NCBI GenBank assembly: GCA_016933675.1
Contig: JAFGAM010000014.1
Coordinates: forward strand, 47,727-111,726
From: Candidatus Anaeroferrophillacea bacterium
GTDB lineage: Bacteria; Desulfobacterota; Anaeroferrophillalia; Anaeroferrophillales; Anaeroferrophillaceae
Reading direction: 5' to 3'
Length of the DNA stretch: 64,000 nucleotides
Both the position numbers and the translations under genes were made by a program. Positions 46,146 through 54,428 of this stretch are shown here, in pieces. Within the stretch, counting starts at the first letter, position 1; each line of letters opens with the position of its first letter. The notes beneath the pieces are model-generated. The model ran no database searches. It had not been told where the DNA came from and saw only the letters and a program-made list of their open reading frames with translations.

Positions 46146-46290
46146 GTCTGGTACAAGGGAATCCCGTGGAAATCGGGAGCGGACCCGCCGCTGTGATCGG
46201 GGACGAAAGCCGCATGCAGGCCACTGAATGGAGCCATTCGGGAAGGCGCGGCCGGTAGGACGATCCGTCAGCCAGAAGACCTGACCAGAC
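46146..46290 (+). promoter_or_regulatory. cobalamin (B12) riboswitch aptamer
   Basis: P1 GTCTGGT (46146-46152) pairs with ACCAGAC (46284-46290). AAGGGAA at 46155-46161, GTGGAAATCGGG, CCCGCCGCTGT at 46184-46194, GCCACTG at 46220-46226, GGGAAGGC at 46240-46247, and B12 box AGCCAGAAGACCTG at 46270-46283. Confidence 0.85.
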
Positions 46291-46365
46291 ACAGAAACCT
46301 CTTCTCTCTTCGCGGTTTTCAGGGGAGTGGGGGGCAGCAATGATTTCCTGAAAGGAGATAGGTGA

Positions 46366-47712
46366 ATGGGACTCACTGGTATCCAGATTTTCAAATTGCT
46401 CCCCAAGACCAACTGTAAGGAGTGCGGACAGCCGACATGTCTGGCTTTTGCCATGCAGCTGGCGGCGGGTAAAGCCGAACTGAGCAAGTGCCCGTACGTC
46501 TCTGATGAAGCCAAGGCGCAGCTGAGTGAAGCTTCCGCACCCCCGATCCGCGGGGTGGTTATCGGCACCGGTGACAATGCGGTCAAGGTGGGTGAAGAGC
46601 TGGTCATGTACCGGCATGAAAAGACCTTCATCAACCCCACCGCCATTGCCGTCGCGATTACCGACGCCATGGACGATGCCGAGGTCGATGCCAAGATCAA
46701 CAACCTGAACACCGTGACCTTCGAGCGCGTGGGTCTCACCCTCGAGCCGAACCTGCTCGCGGTAGTCAATGCCAGCGGCGACGCCGGCAAATTCGAAGCC
46801 CTGGTGAAGAAGGCCATGGGCGCCACCGAGAAGGGCCTCATCCTCTGCAGTGACAACCTCGACGCTCTGGAAGCCGGCGCCAAGGCCGCCAAGGGCCGAA
46901 AAGCATTACTCTACGCCGCCACCGCCGACAACGCCGACAAGGTGGCCACCATCGCCGCCGCCAACGAGGCTTCCGTGGTCGCCAAAGGCGCTTCCATCGA
47001 AGAGGTGTCAAATTTCACCAAGACCATCGCCGATGCCGGCGTGAAGGAAATCGTTCTCGATACCGGCGCCCGGAGCATCAAGCAGGTCTTCTACGACAAC
47101 ACCATGGTTCGTCGTGCGGCCCTGAAGTCCAAGAACCGCGAAGTCGGCTATCCGACCATCAACCTGGTCTTCGAGATGACCGACGATCCGTACAAGGAAG
47201 CCATGTACGCCGCCATCGCCATCGCCAAGTACGGCGGCATCGTGGTAATGAGCGACGTCGACAAGGAGCGGATGCTCCCGCTGCTCGTCCAGCGCCTGAA
47301 CATCTATACCGACCCGCAGCGGCCGATGGTCGTTGACCAGGGCATCTACCCGATCAACAACCCGGGTCCGGATTCGCCGGTGATCATCACCACCAACTTT
47401 GCCCTGACCTACTTCATCGTCAGTGCCGAGGTCGAAGCCAGTCGTGTTCCCACCTGGTTGCTGATCATGGACGTCGAGGGTATGTCCGTTCTGACCGCGT
47501 GGTCCGCCGGCAAGTTCGTCGCCGACGCCATGGCGCCGTTCGTCGTCAAGTCGGGCATCACCGACAAGGTCAACCACAAGAAGATCATCATTCCGGGTTA
47601 CGTGGCCCAGCTCTCCGGTGAATTCCAGGAAGAGCTCGGTGACGAGTGGGAGGTCATCATCGGTACCCGCGAGGCATCCGACCTGCCGGCCTTCCTGAAG
47701 GAATACAAATAA
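46366..47712 (+). CDS. acsC: corrinoid iron-sulfur protein large subunit (AcsC/CdhE)
   Basis: N-terminal 4Fe-4S motif CKECGQPTCLAFAMQLAAGKAELSKCP. 448 aa with an AAGGAG RBS. Confidence 0.9.
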   Translation: MGLTGIQIFKLLPKTNCKECGQPTCLAFAMQLAAGKAELSKCPYVSDEAKAQLSEASAPPIRGVVIGTGDNAVKVGEELVMYRHEKTFINPTAIAVAITDAMDDAEVDAKINNLNTVTFERVGLTLEPNLLAVVNASGDAGKFEALVKKAMGATEKGLILCSDNLDALEAGAKAAKGRKALLYAATADNADKVATIAAANEASVVAKGASIEEVSNFTKTIADAGVKEIVLDTGARSIKQVFYDNTMVRRAALKSKNREVGYPTINLVFEMTDDPYKEAMYAAIAIAKYGGIVVMSDVDKERMLPLLVQRLNIYTDPQRPMVVDQGIYPINNPGPDSPVIITTNFALTYFIVSAEVEASRVPTWLLIMDVEGMSVLTAWSAGKFVADAMAPFVVKSGITDKVNHKKIIIPGYVAQLSGEFQEELGDEWEVIIGTREASDLPAFLKEYK

Positions 47713-47729
47713 CCGCGACGAGTAGTGTT

Positions 47730-47766
47730 GACAGGAGCAGGCGACCCGCCGGCTCCTGTCTTTTTA
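47730..47766 (+). terminator. intrinsic terminator between acsC and acsE
   Basis: GACAGGAGC ... GCTCCTGTC followed by TTTTT. Confidence 0.6.
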
Positions 47767-47818
47767 CCATCTCAATTGTGTAAAAAGAGGTTATACCTCG
47801 TAGATTGGAGGGATAAAG

Positions 47819-48748
47819 ATGGCAAAGGTACTTACCATCGCTGAAAGCATCAACATCATGTCCAAGACCATCGGACCGGCAATCAAGGAACGTGATCCGA
47901 AGCCGGTGCAGAAGATGGCCAGGGAGCAGGAGGAACTTGGCGCCGATTACCAGGATCTCAACCTCGGACCGGCGCGCAAGGCCGGCGACGAGATGATGGC
48001 CTGGCTGGTGAAGACAATCAACGAGGTTTCCAAACTGCCCCTGGCGCTGGACTCCACCAATCACGTCGCCATCGAGGCCGGCCTCAAGGCCGCCCGCGAT
48101 CCGGAGAGCTGCATCGTCAACTCCATCTCCGCCCAGCCCGAAAGCCTGAACACCCGCATGCCGATGGTCAAGAAGTACGGCTGTGAGTTCGTCGCCCTGA
48201 CCCTGAGCGAGGAAGGCATTCCCCGGGACGTAAACGAGCGTGGCATGTGTGCCGCCGAGATCTACAACAAGGCGCTGGAGTTTGATGTTCCGGCCGAGAA
48301 GATGTGGATTGACCCCATCGTCCTGCCGGTCAGCGTGGACCCCGGCCAGGTGGCCTCCTTTCTTGAGTTCCTGCCGCTTATTCCCGACTTCGCGCCGGGC
48401 GCCAAGTCAACCTGCGGTCTGTCCAACATCTCCAACGGCTCCCCGAACGAGCTGCGCCACTACCTGAACCGCGGCTACCAGGCGATGCACAAGTATCTGG
48501 GCATCTACTCCTCCATCGTTGACGCCTACGATGCCGAGATGATCGCCCTGTGTAATGGGAAGATTCCCGCGGTAGATGAGCTGACCAAGAAGATGATGGA
48601 AGATCAGGACGTCGACGAGTCCTCCCTCTCCACCGAGCTGAAGGTCTACTACCGCAGCATCAAGTGCCTCAAGGGCGAAGTCCTCTACTCCCACTCCTGG
48701 ATCGATGATCTGGTGGGTGATTACGACAAGAGCTGGTACAAGAAGTAA
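47819..48748 (+). CDS. acsE: methyltetrahydrofolate:corrinoid/iron-sulfur protein methyltransferase
   Basis: 309 aa pterin-binding (DHPS-like) sequence IAESINIMSKTI...LNLGP...LALDSTN, with a GGAGGG RBS. Confidence 0.9.
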   Translation: MAKVLTIAESINIMSKTIGPAIKERDPKPVQKMAREQEELGADYQDLNLGPARKAGDEMMAWLVKTINEVSKLPLALDSTNHVAIEAGLKAARDPESCIVNSISAQPESLNTRMPMVKKYGCEFVALTLSEEGIPRDVNERGMCAAEIYNKALEFDVPAEKMWIDPIVLPVSVDPGQVASFLEFLPLIPDFAPGAKSTCGLSNISNGSPNELRHYLNRGYQAMHKYLGIYSSIVDAYDAEMIALCNGKIPAVDELTKKMMEDQDVDESSLSTELKVYYRSIKCLKGEVLYSHSWIDDLVGDYDKSWYKK

Positions 48749-48786
48749 GCTGCACGCACATAGGCTCACTACCAGCTGATCAATCA

Positions 48787-48824
48787 AAAAAGGCCGCACG
48801 GTACACCGTGCGGCCTTTTGTTTA
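48787..48824 (+). terminator. intrinsic terminator after acsE
   Basis: AAAAGGCCGCACGGT ACA CCGTGCGGCCTTTTGTTT. Confidence 0.85.
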
Positions 48825-48945
48825 GCAACTGTTTTTCAAGGGGAAGGGATCCTCATCCGCATCATCCTCGTTACCGCCACGGCGACGCCATGCGTTGATA
48901 GCGACTCGCCCAATCGAATGGAGCCCCCACCAAGACGCGGCCAGC

Positions 48946-49137
48946 TCATGCCTCGGCCAACTGGTTCTCCCTGATCCACCGGGTGATGGTCCGACGGTTG
49001 AAGCGCCAGAACTTGCTCACCTTGTAACCCGGCAAAATACCCTTGCGAGCCATGTAATTGACGTTGTCGGGGCTGGTGTCCAGCAGCTTGGCCACCTCGA
49101 CGCTGTCGATTTCGCGCTCTGACTTGACGATTTTCAT
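48946..49137 (-). CDS. small helix-turn-helix DNA-binding protein (excisionase/MerR-like HTH)
   Basis: Start moved to ATG 49137 (MKIVKSEREIDSVEVAKLLDTSPDNVNYMARKGILPGYKVSKFWRF), 9 nt after AGGAGG. Confidence 0.7.
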   Translation of the reverse strand: MKIVKSEREIDSVEVAKLLDTSPDNVNYMARKGILPGYKVSKFWRFNRRTITRWIRENQLAEA

Positions 49138-49333
49138 GACTACATACCTCCTGTACTGCTTTTCTCCATCCCCCTCTCGTTGCAATTCGGCGGACATGGC
49201 GAATACTTTAGCTGTTTCCTACGATTAAAAGTAGTGAAGCACCATTGGTTTGTCAACCGCGACCCGGATTAAAACATTTTCATATTACCTCGCCGCCTGA
49301 CATGCCCGCGCCGGCGCTGAATTCAGGACAATA

Positions 49334-49786
49334 TCACAAACTTCGTTCCAGATTGATGGTCCTTGAAGGGCTGAACCGGTTGGCACTGAAAAAATGGATC
49401 AGCCGCGAATCGTTCCAGTCGACCAGGGTGTTCACCTTCTGCACCCCGAGACTCTTCAGGTGATCCATGAATTCATCGATCAGGCGCCGGCCCACACCGT
49501 GATGGTGGTAAGCGGGATCGACGCCGATGGTATCCAGCCGCGCCTCTTCCTGGAAGATGCCGTACTCGCCAAGGTAGATTTCCCCCATGACAAACCCCAC
49601 CACCTTACCATCAACGTTTTGGGCCACCAGTGACGCGGGCAGGTAATCGTTGGATTCGAACAGCTTCCCGAATTTCACCCGATAATAGTCGGTCCGGGGA
49701 TTGGTAAGGATTTTCCGGTCGATCGCCACTACGGCATCGAAGTCGTCCGCCTTCATGAGCCTGATAGTGATGGTATTGGCGCTCAT
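49334..49786 (-). CDS. GNAT family N-acetyltransferase
   Basis: Start at ATG 49786 (MSANTITIRLMKADD), 5 nt after AGGAG. Acetyl-CoA motif IGVDPAYHHHGVGRRLI. Confidence 0.85.
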   Translation of the reverse strand: MSANTITIRLMKADDFDAVVAIDRKILTNPRTDYYRVKFGKLFESNDYLPASLVAQNVDGKVVGFVMGEIYLGEYGIFQEEARLDTIGVDPAYHHHGVGRRLIDEFMDHLKSLGVQKVNTLVDWNDSRLIHFFSANRFSPSRTINLERSL

Positions 49787-49925
49787 AGCATCTCCTAGCA
49801 TCTCCTTCAGTACATCGTTTTCATTACCCCCAAATCTGCCCGGTTACCGGACAATTGTCAATGTTCGACCTGCCGCAATACCCGGGCACACCACCGACGA
49901 CCACCGGTGTTGATGGCGACTGAAA

Positions 49926-50000
49926 AGTGTACCAATTTCGGAAATTGAATAGTGTACCACCTGGAGATGGCACACTATTCATTGCCATTTTTGGCACACT
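49926..50000. repeat. four copies of a 9-mer in symmetric arrangement
   Basis: AGTGTACCA at 49926 and 49951. The inverted form TGGCACACT at 49968 and 49992. Confidence 0.7.
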
Positions 50001-50188
50001 TCAAGATTATCATTGATACCCGGCACCCTTTGAAGCCCGGAAACACCGCTGCGAAAGATCCCGCCGATGTTGCTCGAAACCATCGCGTTGCGTTGCAGTA
50101 TGCCCCTCCGGGCGCCGGTGCCGACGCGGTCGGTCGCCGGCGCAAAAGTCAGCCGAAGGGATAAACCGCGAAGAACGTACTGGGGAAT

Positions 50189-50260
50189 AAATTGCGGCGA
50201 AAATTACAGGGTAAATTGTAAGTTAATTTGCGGGGGAAATTGCAATGTACATTGTGGAAC
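50189..50260. repeat. six tandem 12-bp units with an AAATTGY core
   Basis: AAATTGCGGCGA AAATTACAGGGT AAATTGTAAGTT AATTTGCGGGGG AAATTGCAATGT ACATTGTGGAAC. Cores fall at 50189, 50201, 50213, 50225, 50237 and 50249. Confidence 0.75.
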
Positions 50261-50273
50261 GCGAAGAATCTGA

Positions 50274-50307
50274 CAAAAAAGGCACCTGCAAATGACTTGC
50301 AAGTGCC
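50274..50307 (-). terminator. intrinsic terminator of tRNA-Ala
   Basis: Minus strand reads GGCACTTGCAA GTCAT TTGCAGGTGCC followed by TTTTTTGTCA. Confidence 0.75.
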
Positions 50308-50317
50308 TGTATTTACT

Positions 50318-50393
50318 TGGTGGAGCTGAGGGGGATCGAACCCCTGACCTCATGACTGCCAGTCATGCGCTCTCCCAGCTGAGCTACAGCCCC
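50318..50393 (-). tRNA. tRNA-Ala (anticodon GGC)
   Basis: The reverse complement GGGGCTGTAGCTCAGCTGGGAGAGCGCATGACTGGCAGTCATGAGGTCAGGGGTTCGATCCCCCTCAGCTCCACCA folds as a cloverleaf. G3:U70 identity pair, anticodon loop CTGGCAG, and an encoded CCA end. Confidence 0.95.
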
Positions 50394-50537
50394 GAATCAC
50401 TCGTCGTTTCCGCGAGGATGGTTACTAGCATAGTGGCGGCGGCATGTCAACGATTTTACCGCAGCACTCCCTTAAACATCAAGATAATTCCCGCAGCCGC
50501 CCATCTGGATGACGGCGGGATCTGAATTCCCACCGAC

Positions 50538-52445
50538 TCAGGATTCGAAAAGGTCTGGCGAGATGTCGATCTCGGCCCCTTGACGCAGCCAGTTGCCGAA
50601 CTCCTCCAGCCGCTGGTAACGGCGATAACCGGCGGCCTGACCGCCGGCGCGTTCTTCCACTTCGGCGCCAGCATTGGATTCATCGAACTCCCGCTTTTCA
50701 AGCCGGGCAACGAGAAAAATATTCTGGTACTCGATGGGCTCGGGATAGACCGGGTCGTCACCTTCGAGAACGAACAGCCGCCGGCTCAGGTCCGCATCGG
50801 CACCAAGTCTGGGGACAAAGCCGCCCCCGCGTGCGAAAAGCGGCGTCTCCTCGACCTTCAAATGGTTTTCCTGCGCCACCTCGGTAAGCATCTTCCCGGC
50901 CTCGAGGGCGGCAATCATATCGCTGCCCTTCTGACGGGCCAGAATGCGTGCCTCACGCAGCTTATAAGCCGCAGCAACCTGCGGCTGCAACGATTCATCA
51001 AACGGCGGAATATGGGATTCCTTGACATCGGTCACCATAAACAGGTAACTCGGGCCCTGGGGATTGACCATCCGCCGCAGCGTACCGGCCGCGGTGGAGA
51101 ATACCGTTTCAGCCAGTTTGCGGTCCCTGCCGATACCGCCGATCTCCTCGTCACGGGCGAACCATTCACTCTCCACCAGTTTCTCCGGCCGGGATCCGGC
51201 CTTTTCAACAAAGCTATCGCGATTAACCTCACCGATTTCCGCCTGTATCACGTCGAGCCGATCATTAACCAAACCGGGAAGTTGCTCGTTGGTCAGCGCG
51301 GTGACAATCTCTTCACGCACCTCGGCCATTTCCATGGTCCGGGGCTGGCGATGGTCTACCACCCGGATCAGGTGGTACCCGAACGGTGTCCGCACCGGTT
51401 CACTGGTCACCGCACCCGGCTCCAGAGCAAAGGCCACATCCTCGAAGGATTTGACCATCATGCCGCGTTTGAACCAGCCCAGGTCGCCACCGCGGACGGC
51501 CGAGGGGCAATTCGAATGCGCTTTCGCCAGCGCGGCGAAATCCTCTCCCTGGCCGATACGAACCAACAGCGCCGCGGCTTCTCCACGCGCCTGCTCCCAC
51601 ACCTCCGGGGGATCCTTCTCCTCCGCCTTGATCAGGATGTGGCTCGCCTGCACCTCTTCGGGGACAAAATAGTCCCCCAGGTGATCATCGTAATATGCCT
51701 GGATATCCGCATCCGCAACCGTTACGTCGGCCTTGAGGTCGGCGGCATCAACTACCATCGCCGCGATCCGCCGCCGCTCGGGCACACGGAAGGTCTCCTG
51801 GTTCTCGGCATAGAACGTATCCAGCACCCCATCGGCCACCGTGACCTCGCCGGTGAACGTTTCCGGCTCGATCCTGATGAAGGATATCGCAATCTTCTCC
51901 CCGGCACGCCGAACCGCGGCGGCAATTTCCGCCGTCGGCGCCATGCCGCCGATGGTAATGATCCGGTTCAATCGCTCGAGCATGAGGTCGGTACGCACAT
52001 CCGCCTCGAATGCTGCCGGGGTGAGCCGGTTCATGCTCAGAAGCTGCCGGTACACCTCCGGGTCGAATGAACCGTTGTGGCGGAAAGCCGCCATACCGGA
52101 AATATGCCGGCGCAACTCGTCATCGCTCACCGCGATACCGTTTTTTTGCGCGTACTCCAGGGCCAGTTGGCGGTCGATGAGGGCACTGACTGCCTGCTCT
52201 TTGATCTGCTTGGCCAATTCGGGGGTAAAACGGTCCTTGAGCTGCTGCTGATAGCGCTCCAGCAACTGCTGATAATACCGGGTAAACTCCTGACGCGTAA
52301 TAACCGACCCATTCACCCGGGCAACTTCGTCGTGCTGCCGGGACTTCATCGTCCCCACGCCCCAGAAGGAAAACACCACGATGATGATAAAAAACGTCAG
52401 TTTGACCACCCATGATTTGGCATTCTGCCGCATTGTTCGTAACAT
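50538..52445 (-). CDS. ppiD: periplasmic chaperone / peptidyl-prolyl isomerase PpiD
   Basis: 635 aa. N-terminal membrane anchor KLTFFIIIVVFSFWGV. Parvulin block ASHILIK...CPSAVRGGDLGWF...FGYHLIRV. Confidence 0.85.
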   Translation of the reverse strand: MLRTMRQNAKSWVVKLTFFIIIVVFSFWGVGTMKSRQHDEVARVNGSVITRQEFTRYYQQLLERYQQQLKDRFTPELAKQIKEQAVSALIDRQLALEYAQKNGIAVSDDELRRHISGMAAFRHNGSFDPEVYRQLLSMNRLTPAAFEADVRTDLMLERLNRIITIGGMAPTAEIAAAVRRAGEKIAISFIRIEPETFTGEVTVADGVLDTFYAENQETFRVPERRRIAAMVVDAADLKADVTVADADIQAYYDDHLGDYFVPEEVQASHILIKAEEKDPPEVWEQARGEAAALLVRIGQGEDFAALAKAHSNCPSAVRGGDLGWFKRGMMVKSFEDVAFALEPGAVTSEPVRTPFGYHLIRVVDHRQPRTMEMAEVREEIVTALTNEQLPGLVNDRLDVIQAEIGEVNRDSFVEKAGSRPEKLVESEWFARDEEIGGIGRDRKLAETVFSTAAGTLRRMVNPQGPSYLFMVTDVKESHIPPFDESLQPQVAAAYKLREARILARQKGSDMIAALEAGKMLTEVAQENHLKVEETPLFARGGGFVPRLGADADLSRRLFVLEGDDPVYPEPIEYQNIFLVARLEKREFDESNAGAEVEERAGGQAAGYRRYQRLEEFGNWLRQGAEIDISPDLFES

Positions 52446-52511
52446 GAAAAAAAGCCTCCCACAGATTGAAAATCAAGCGACTATAGGCAATCCCGAAAAA
52501 AAAAGCAAGAA

Positions 52512-53405
52512 TTAGGACATCGGCGGCAGGTACACCCTCGGCGCCGATATCGCACCGCGGCAACCGGAAAGAAGGGCGATCAGCGGGCGACAGTCAATGT
52601 AGGGAACATGAAGCGGATTGCCAGGGGCATACCAGAGGCGGAAGCAAGGCTCCGGATGAGCCGAAACCGCCAGCAGGGTCGAACTGGTGGTTCCGTATTC
52701 CGCCAGCCGCACATTCACTCCCCGGGGTGGCAGCCACTCATGGGGCAGACCGGTCCGCAGCAGCCGCTGAAAACCGCTCCAGACCCGATCGAGGAAGGCA
52801 TCCTCCGAAGGGCCGGGCCGGGCACCACCGGGCGGGTCAGCACCATTTGCTTCGGCGGCGGGGGGATCGGCTAAATCGCGCTCATCATCATCGCCGGCGC
52901 TCAGACCGGCGAACAAACGCGCCGCCATGGATGCCTTCATGGAGCGGTTGTCATCAATGGGGCCGTTGCCGAGGTAGGTGAATCCGGGCTCCAGGGGGTG
53001 GTACTTCGACGCGGGATGATTGGTGAAGAGAAACCCATCATTACGGTCGGCGACCAGCACATTGAAGGGGTTGAAATCCCGCGGGTCGAGGGCCGACAGC
53101 CGGCGGCGGGCCGCCGCCGGCGTCCTGGACGAAATCAGGTCCAGCACCACCGCGCCGCGGGAACGTTTGGCCGGATCATTATCGAACCCATTCCAGCGGT
53201 TGGTCAGCCAGACCACCATCCCGCGGTCATTGCCGGCCCACCAGGTACCGCCGGCACGGCGGTCACGGGGAGAAACACGGCGCCCGGACCCGCAATGATA
53301 CAGCCGCGGCGGCACCGCGGTGCGGTCCAGGAATTCGTCCCGGTTGTTGCCGGCGATCAGCGGCCAGTGTTCGTCCATGCGCCAAGCCAGCAGCAGAGTG
53401 CACAT
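52512..53405 (-). CDS. NRDE-family (TANGO2-like, DUF833) protein
   Basis: Start set at ATG 53405 (MCTLLLAWRMDEHWPLIAGNNRDEF), which overlaps the thrB stop by 1 nt. The ORF-track 5' extension overlaps thrB. Confidence 0.75.
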   Translation of the reverse strand: MCTLLLAWRMDEHWPLIAGNNRDEFLDRTAVPPRLYHCGSGRRVSPRDRRAGGTWWAGNDRGMVVWLTNRWNGFDNDPAKRSRGAVVLDLISSRTPAAARRRLSALDPRDFNPFNVLVADRNDGFLFTNHPASKYHPLEPGFTYLGNGPIDDNRSMKASMAARLFAGLSAGDDDERDLADPPAAEANGADPPGGARPGPSEDAFLDRVWSGFQRLLRTGLPHEWLPPRGVNVRLAEYGTTSSTLLAVSAHPEPCFRLWYAPGNPLHVPYIDCRPLIALLSGCRGAISAPRVYLPPMS

Positions 53406-54394
53406 CAGCCACTGAGCCCAGCGGTGGGCATGGCGGCAAAGCGGCTGTTCTTCCACGCCATGCCACCCGCCGCCGCGATGTCCGCGGTTTCGATAATGGT
53501 GCCACGATTGTCCGGCGGCAATACCATGAAGCGCGCTGGCTGGCCGAATTCGTCGGCGAGTACGGCGGTCAGCCGACGGCCGAGGTCCTCGCCCCCTTCC
53601 CGCACCAAGCTCACCACCGCCGCCCCGGAGCCGCTGAGAAAAGTGGCACAAGCGCCATGCCGATAGCTGACCTCGATGATCCGATCGAGCCAGGGCAGCA
53701 GCTGCCGGCGCCAGGGCTGATGCAGCCAGTCACGCACCGCCTCGGGAAATACCGACAGCTCTTCGCGCAAAAGCCCTGCCGTCAACAGCGCCGCCCGGGC
53801 GATATTCCTGCTGGCGGCAGCCAGGGAGACGCTATCCGGCAGAACGGCGCGGGATTTCATCGTGGCGAGTTCGGCGTTGGGCACGATCACCACCGCCCGC
53901 CACGCTTCCGAAACTGGCCACGACCAGCAGGCCGCAGGGTTATCCGGCAAATCGATGACAAATCCGCCCATCAGCGCCGGAGCGGCGTTATCGCCGTGGC
54001 CCTCGATCCCCCCGGCGAGCGCCAGAATCTCTGCCGGCGAAACGGCCCGGTCGGCAATGAGCGCCGCACTCACCAGAGCGGCAATAACGCAGGCGCCGCT
54101 GCTGCCCAGCCCGCGAGCCAGGGGGATCTCGTTGTCGATGGTAAAGGACGCGGGGGGCATGGTGCCGGCACCGGCAAAGGCCTCAATCCCCCGGGCCAGG
54201 GTGGTTGAAAAAAGGTTATCGGCGGCGACACTCCAGGCGGAATCGAAGCCTTCACCGGCAAACCTGAAGGTCGGCCCGCCGGCATCCGACTCGACCCGGA
54301 CCCGCATATAACACGGCAGCGCCAAGCCAAAGCAGTCAAAACCCGGGCCAAGATTGGAGGTGGAAGCAGGTACCCGCAGGCAAAATGAAAGCAT
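53405..54394 (-). CDS. thrB: homoserine kinase
   Basis: Start at ATG 54394 (MLSFCLRVPASTSNLGPGFDCFG). GHMP motif GLGSSGA. Confidence 0.85.
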   Translation of the reverse strand: MLSFCLRVPASTSNLGPGFDCFGLALPCYMRVRVESDAGGPTFRFAGEGFDSAWSVAADNLFSTTLARGIEAFAGAGTMPPASFTIDNEIPLARGLGSSGACVIAALVSAALIADRAVSPAEILALAGGIEGHGDNAAPALMGGFVIDLPDNPAACWSWPVSEAWRAVVIVPNAELATMKSRAVLPDSVSLAAASRNIARAALLTAGLLREELSVFPEAVRDWLHQPWRRQLLPWLDRIIEVSYRHGACATFLSGSGAAVVSLVREGGEDLGRRLTAVLADEFGQPARFMVLPPDNRGTIIETADIAAAGGMAWKNSRFAAMPTAGLSG

Positions 54395-54428
54395 CCTTAG
54401 AATACCCCGAGTCCGGCAGCAAATCGGA

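Noticed and set aside
48946-49786. GNAT plus small HTH protein as a GNAT-type toxin-antitoxin pair
   Set aside because: The gene order (GNAT first) and the 196-bp gap with a separate promoter-like TTGACA-17-TACTTT do not fit the antitoxin-first, overlapping layout of known GNAT/RHH systems. The HTH is excisionase/MerR-like, not RHH/DUF1778-like.
49968-49985. Sigma54-like TGGCACACTATTCATTGC in the GNAT-tRNA gap
   Set aside because: GG-to-GC spacing is 15 nt, which is 3 too long. The TGGCAC part is better explained as one of four copies of the 9-mer AGTGT[AG]CCA.
50067-50273. Cys-rich peptide (…GINCGENYRVNCKLICGGNCNVHCG) as a possible RiPP precursor
   Set aside because: It arises purely from translating the 12-bp tandem array. 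Codons are AT-rich and atypical for this genome. There is no ATG or RBS near the repeat, and no maturase genes are adjacent.
48800-50393. Integrated element at tRNA-Ala, suggested by the excisionase-like HTH near a tRNA
   Set aside because: There is no integrase in the window, and no direct repeat of the tRNA 3' end (TGGTGGAGCTGAGGGGGATCGAACC) is found elsewhere in the window.
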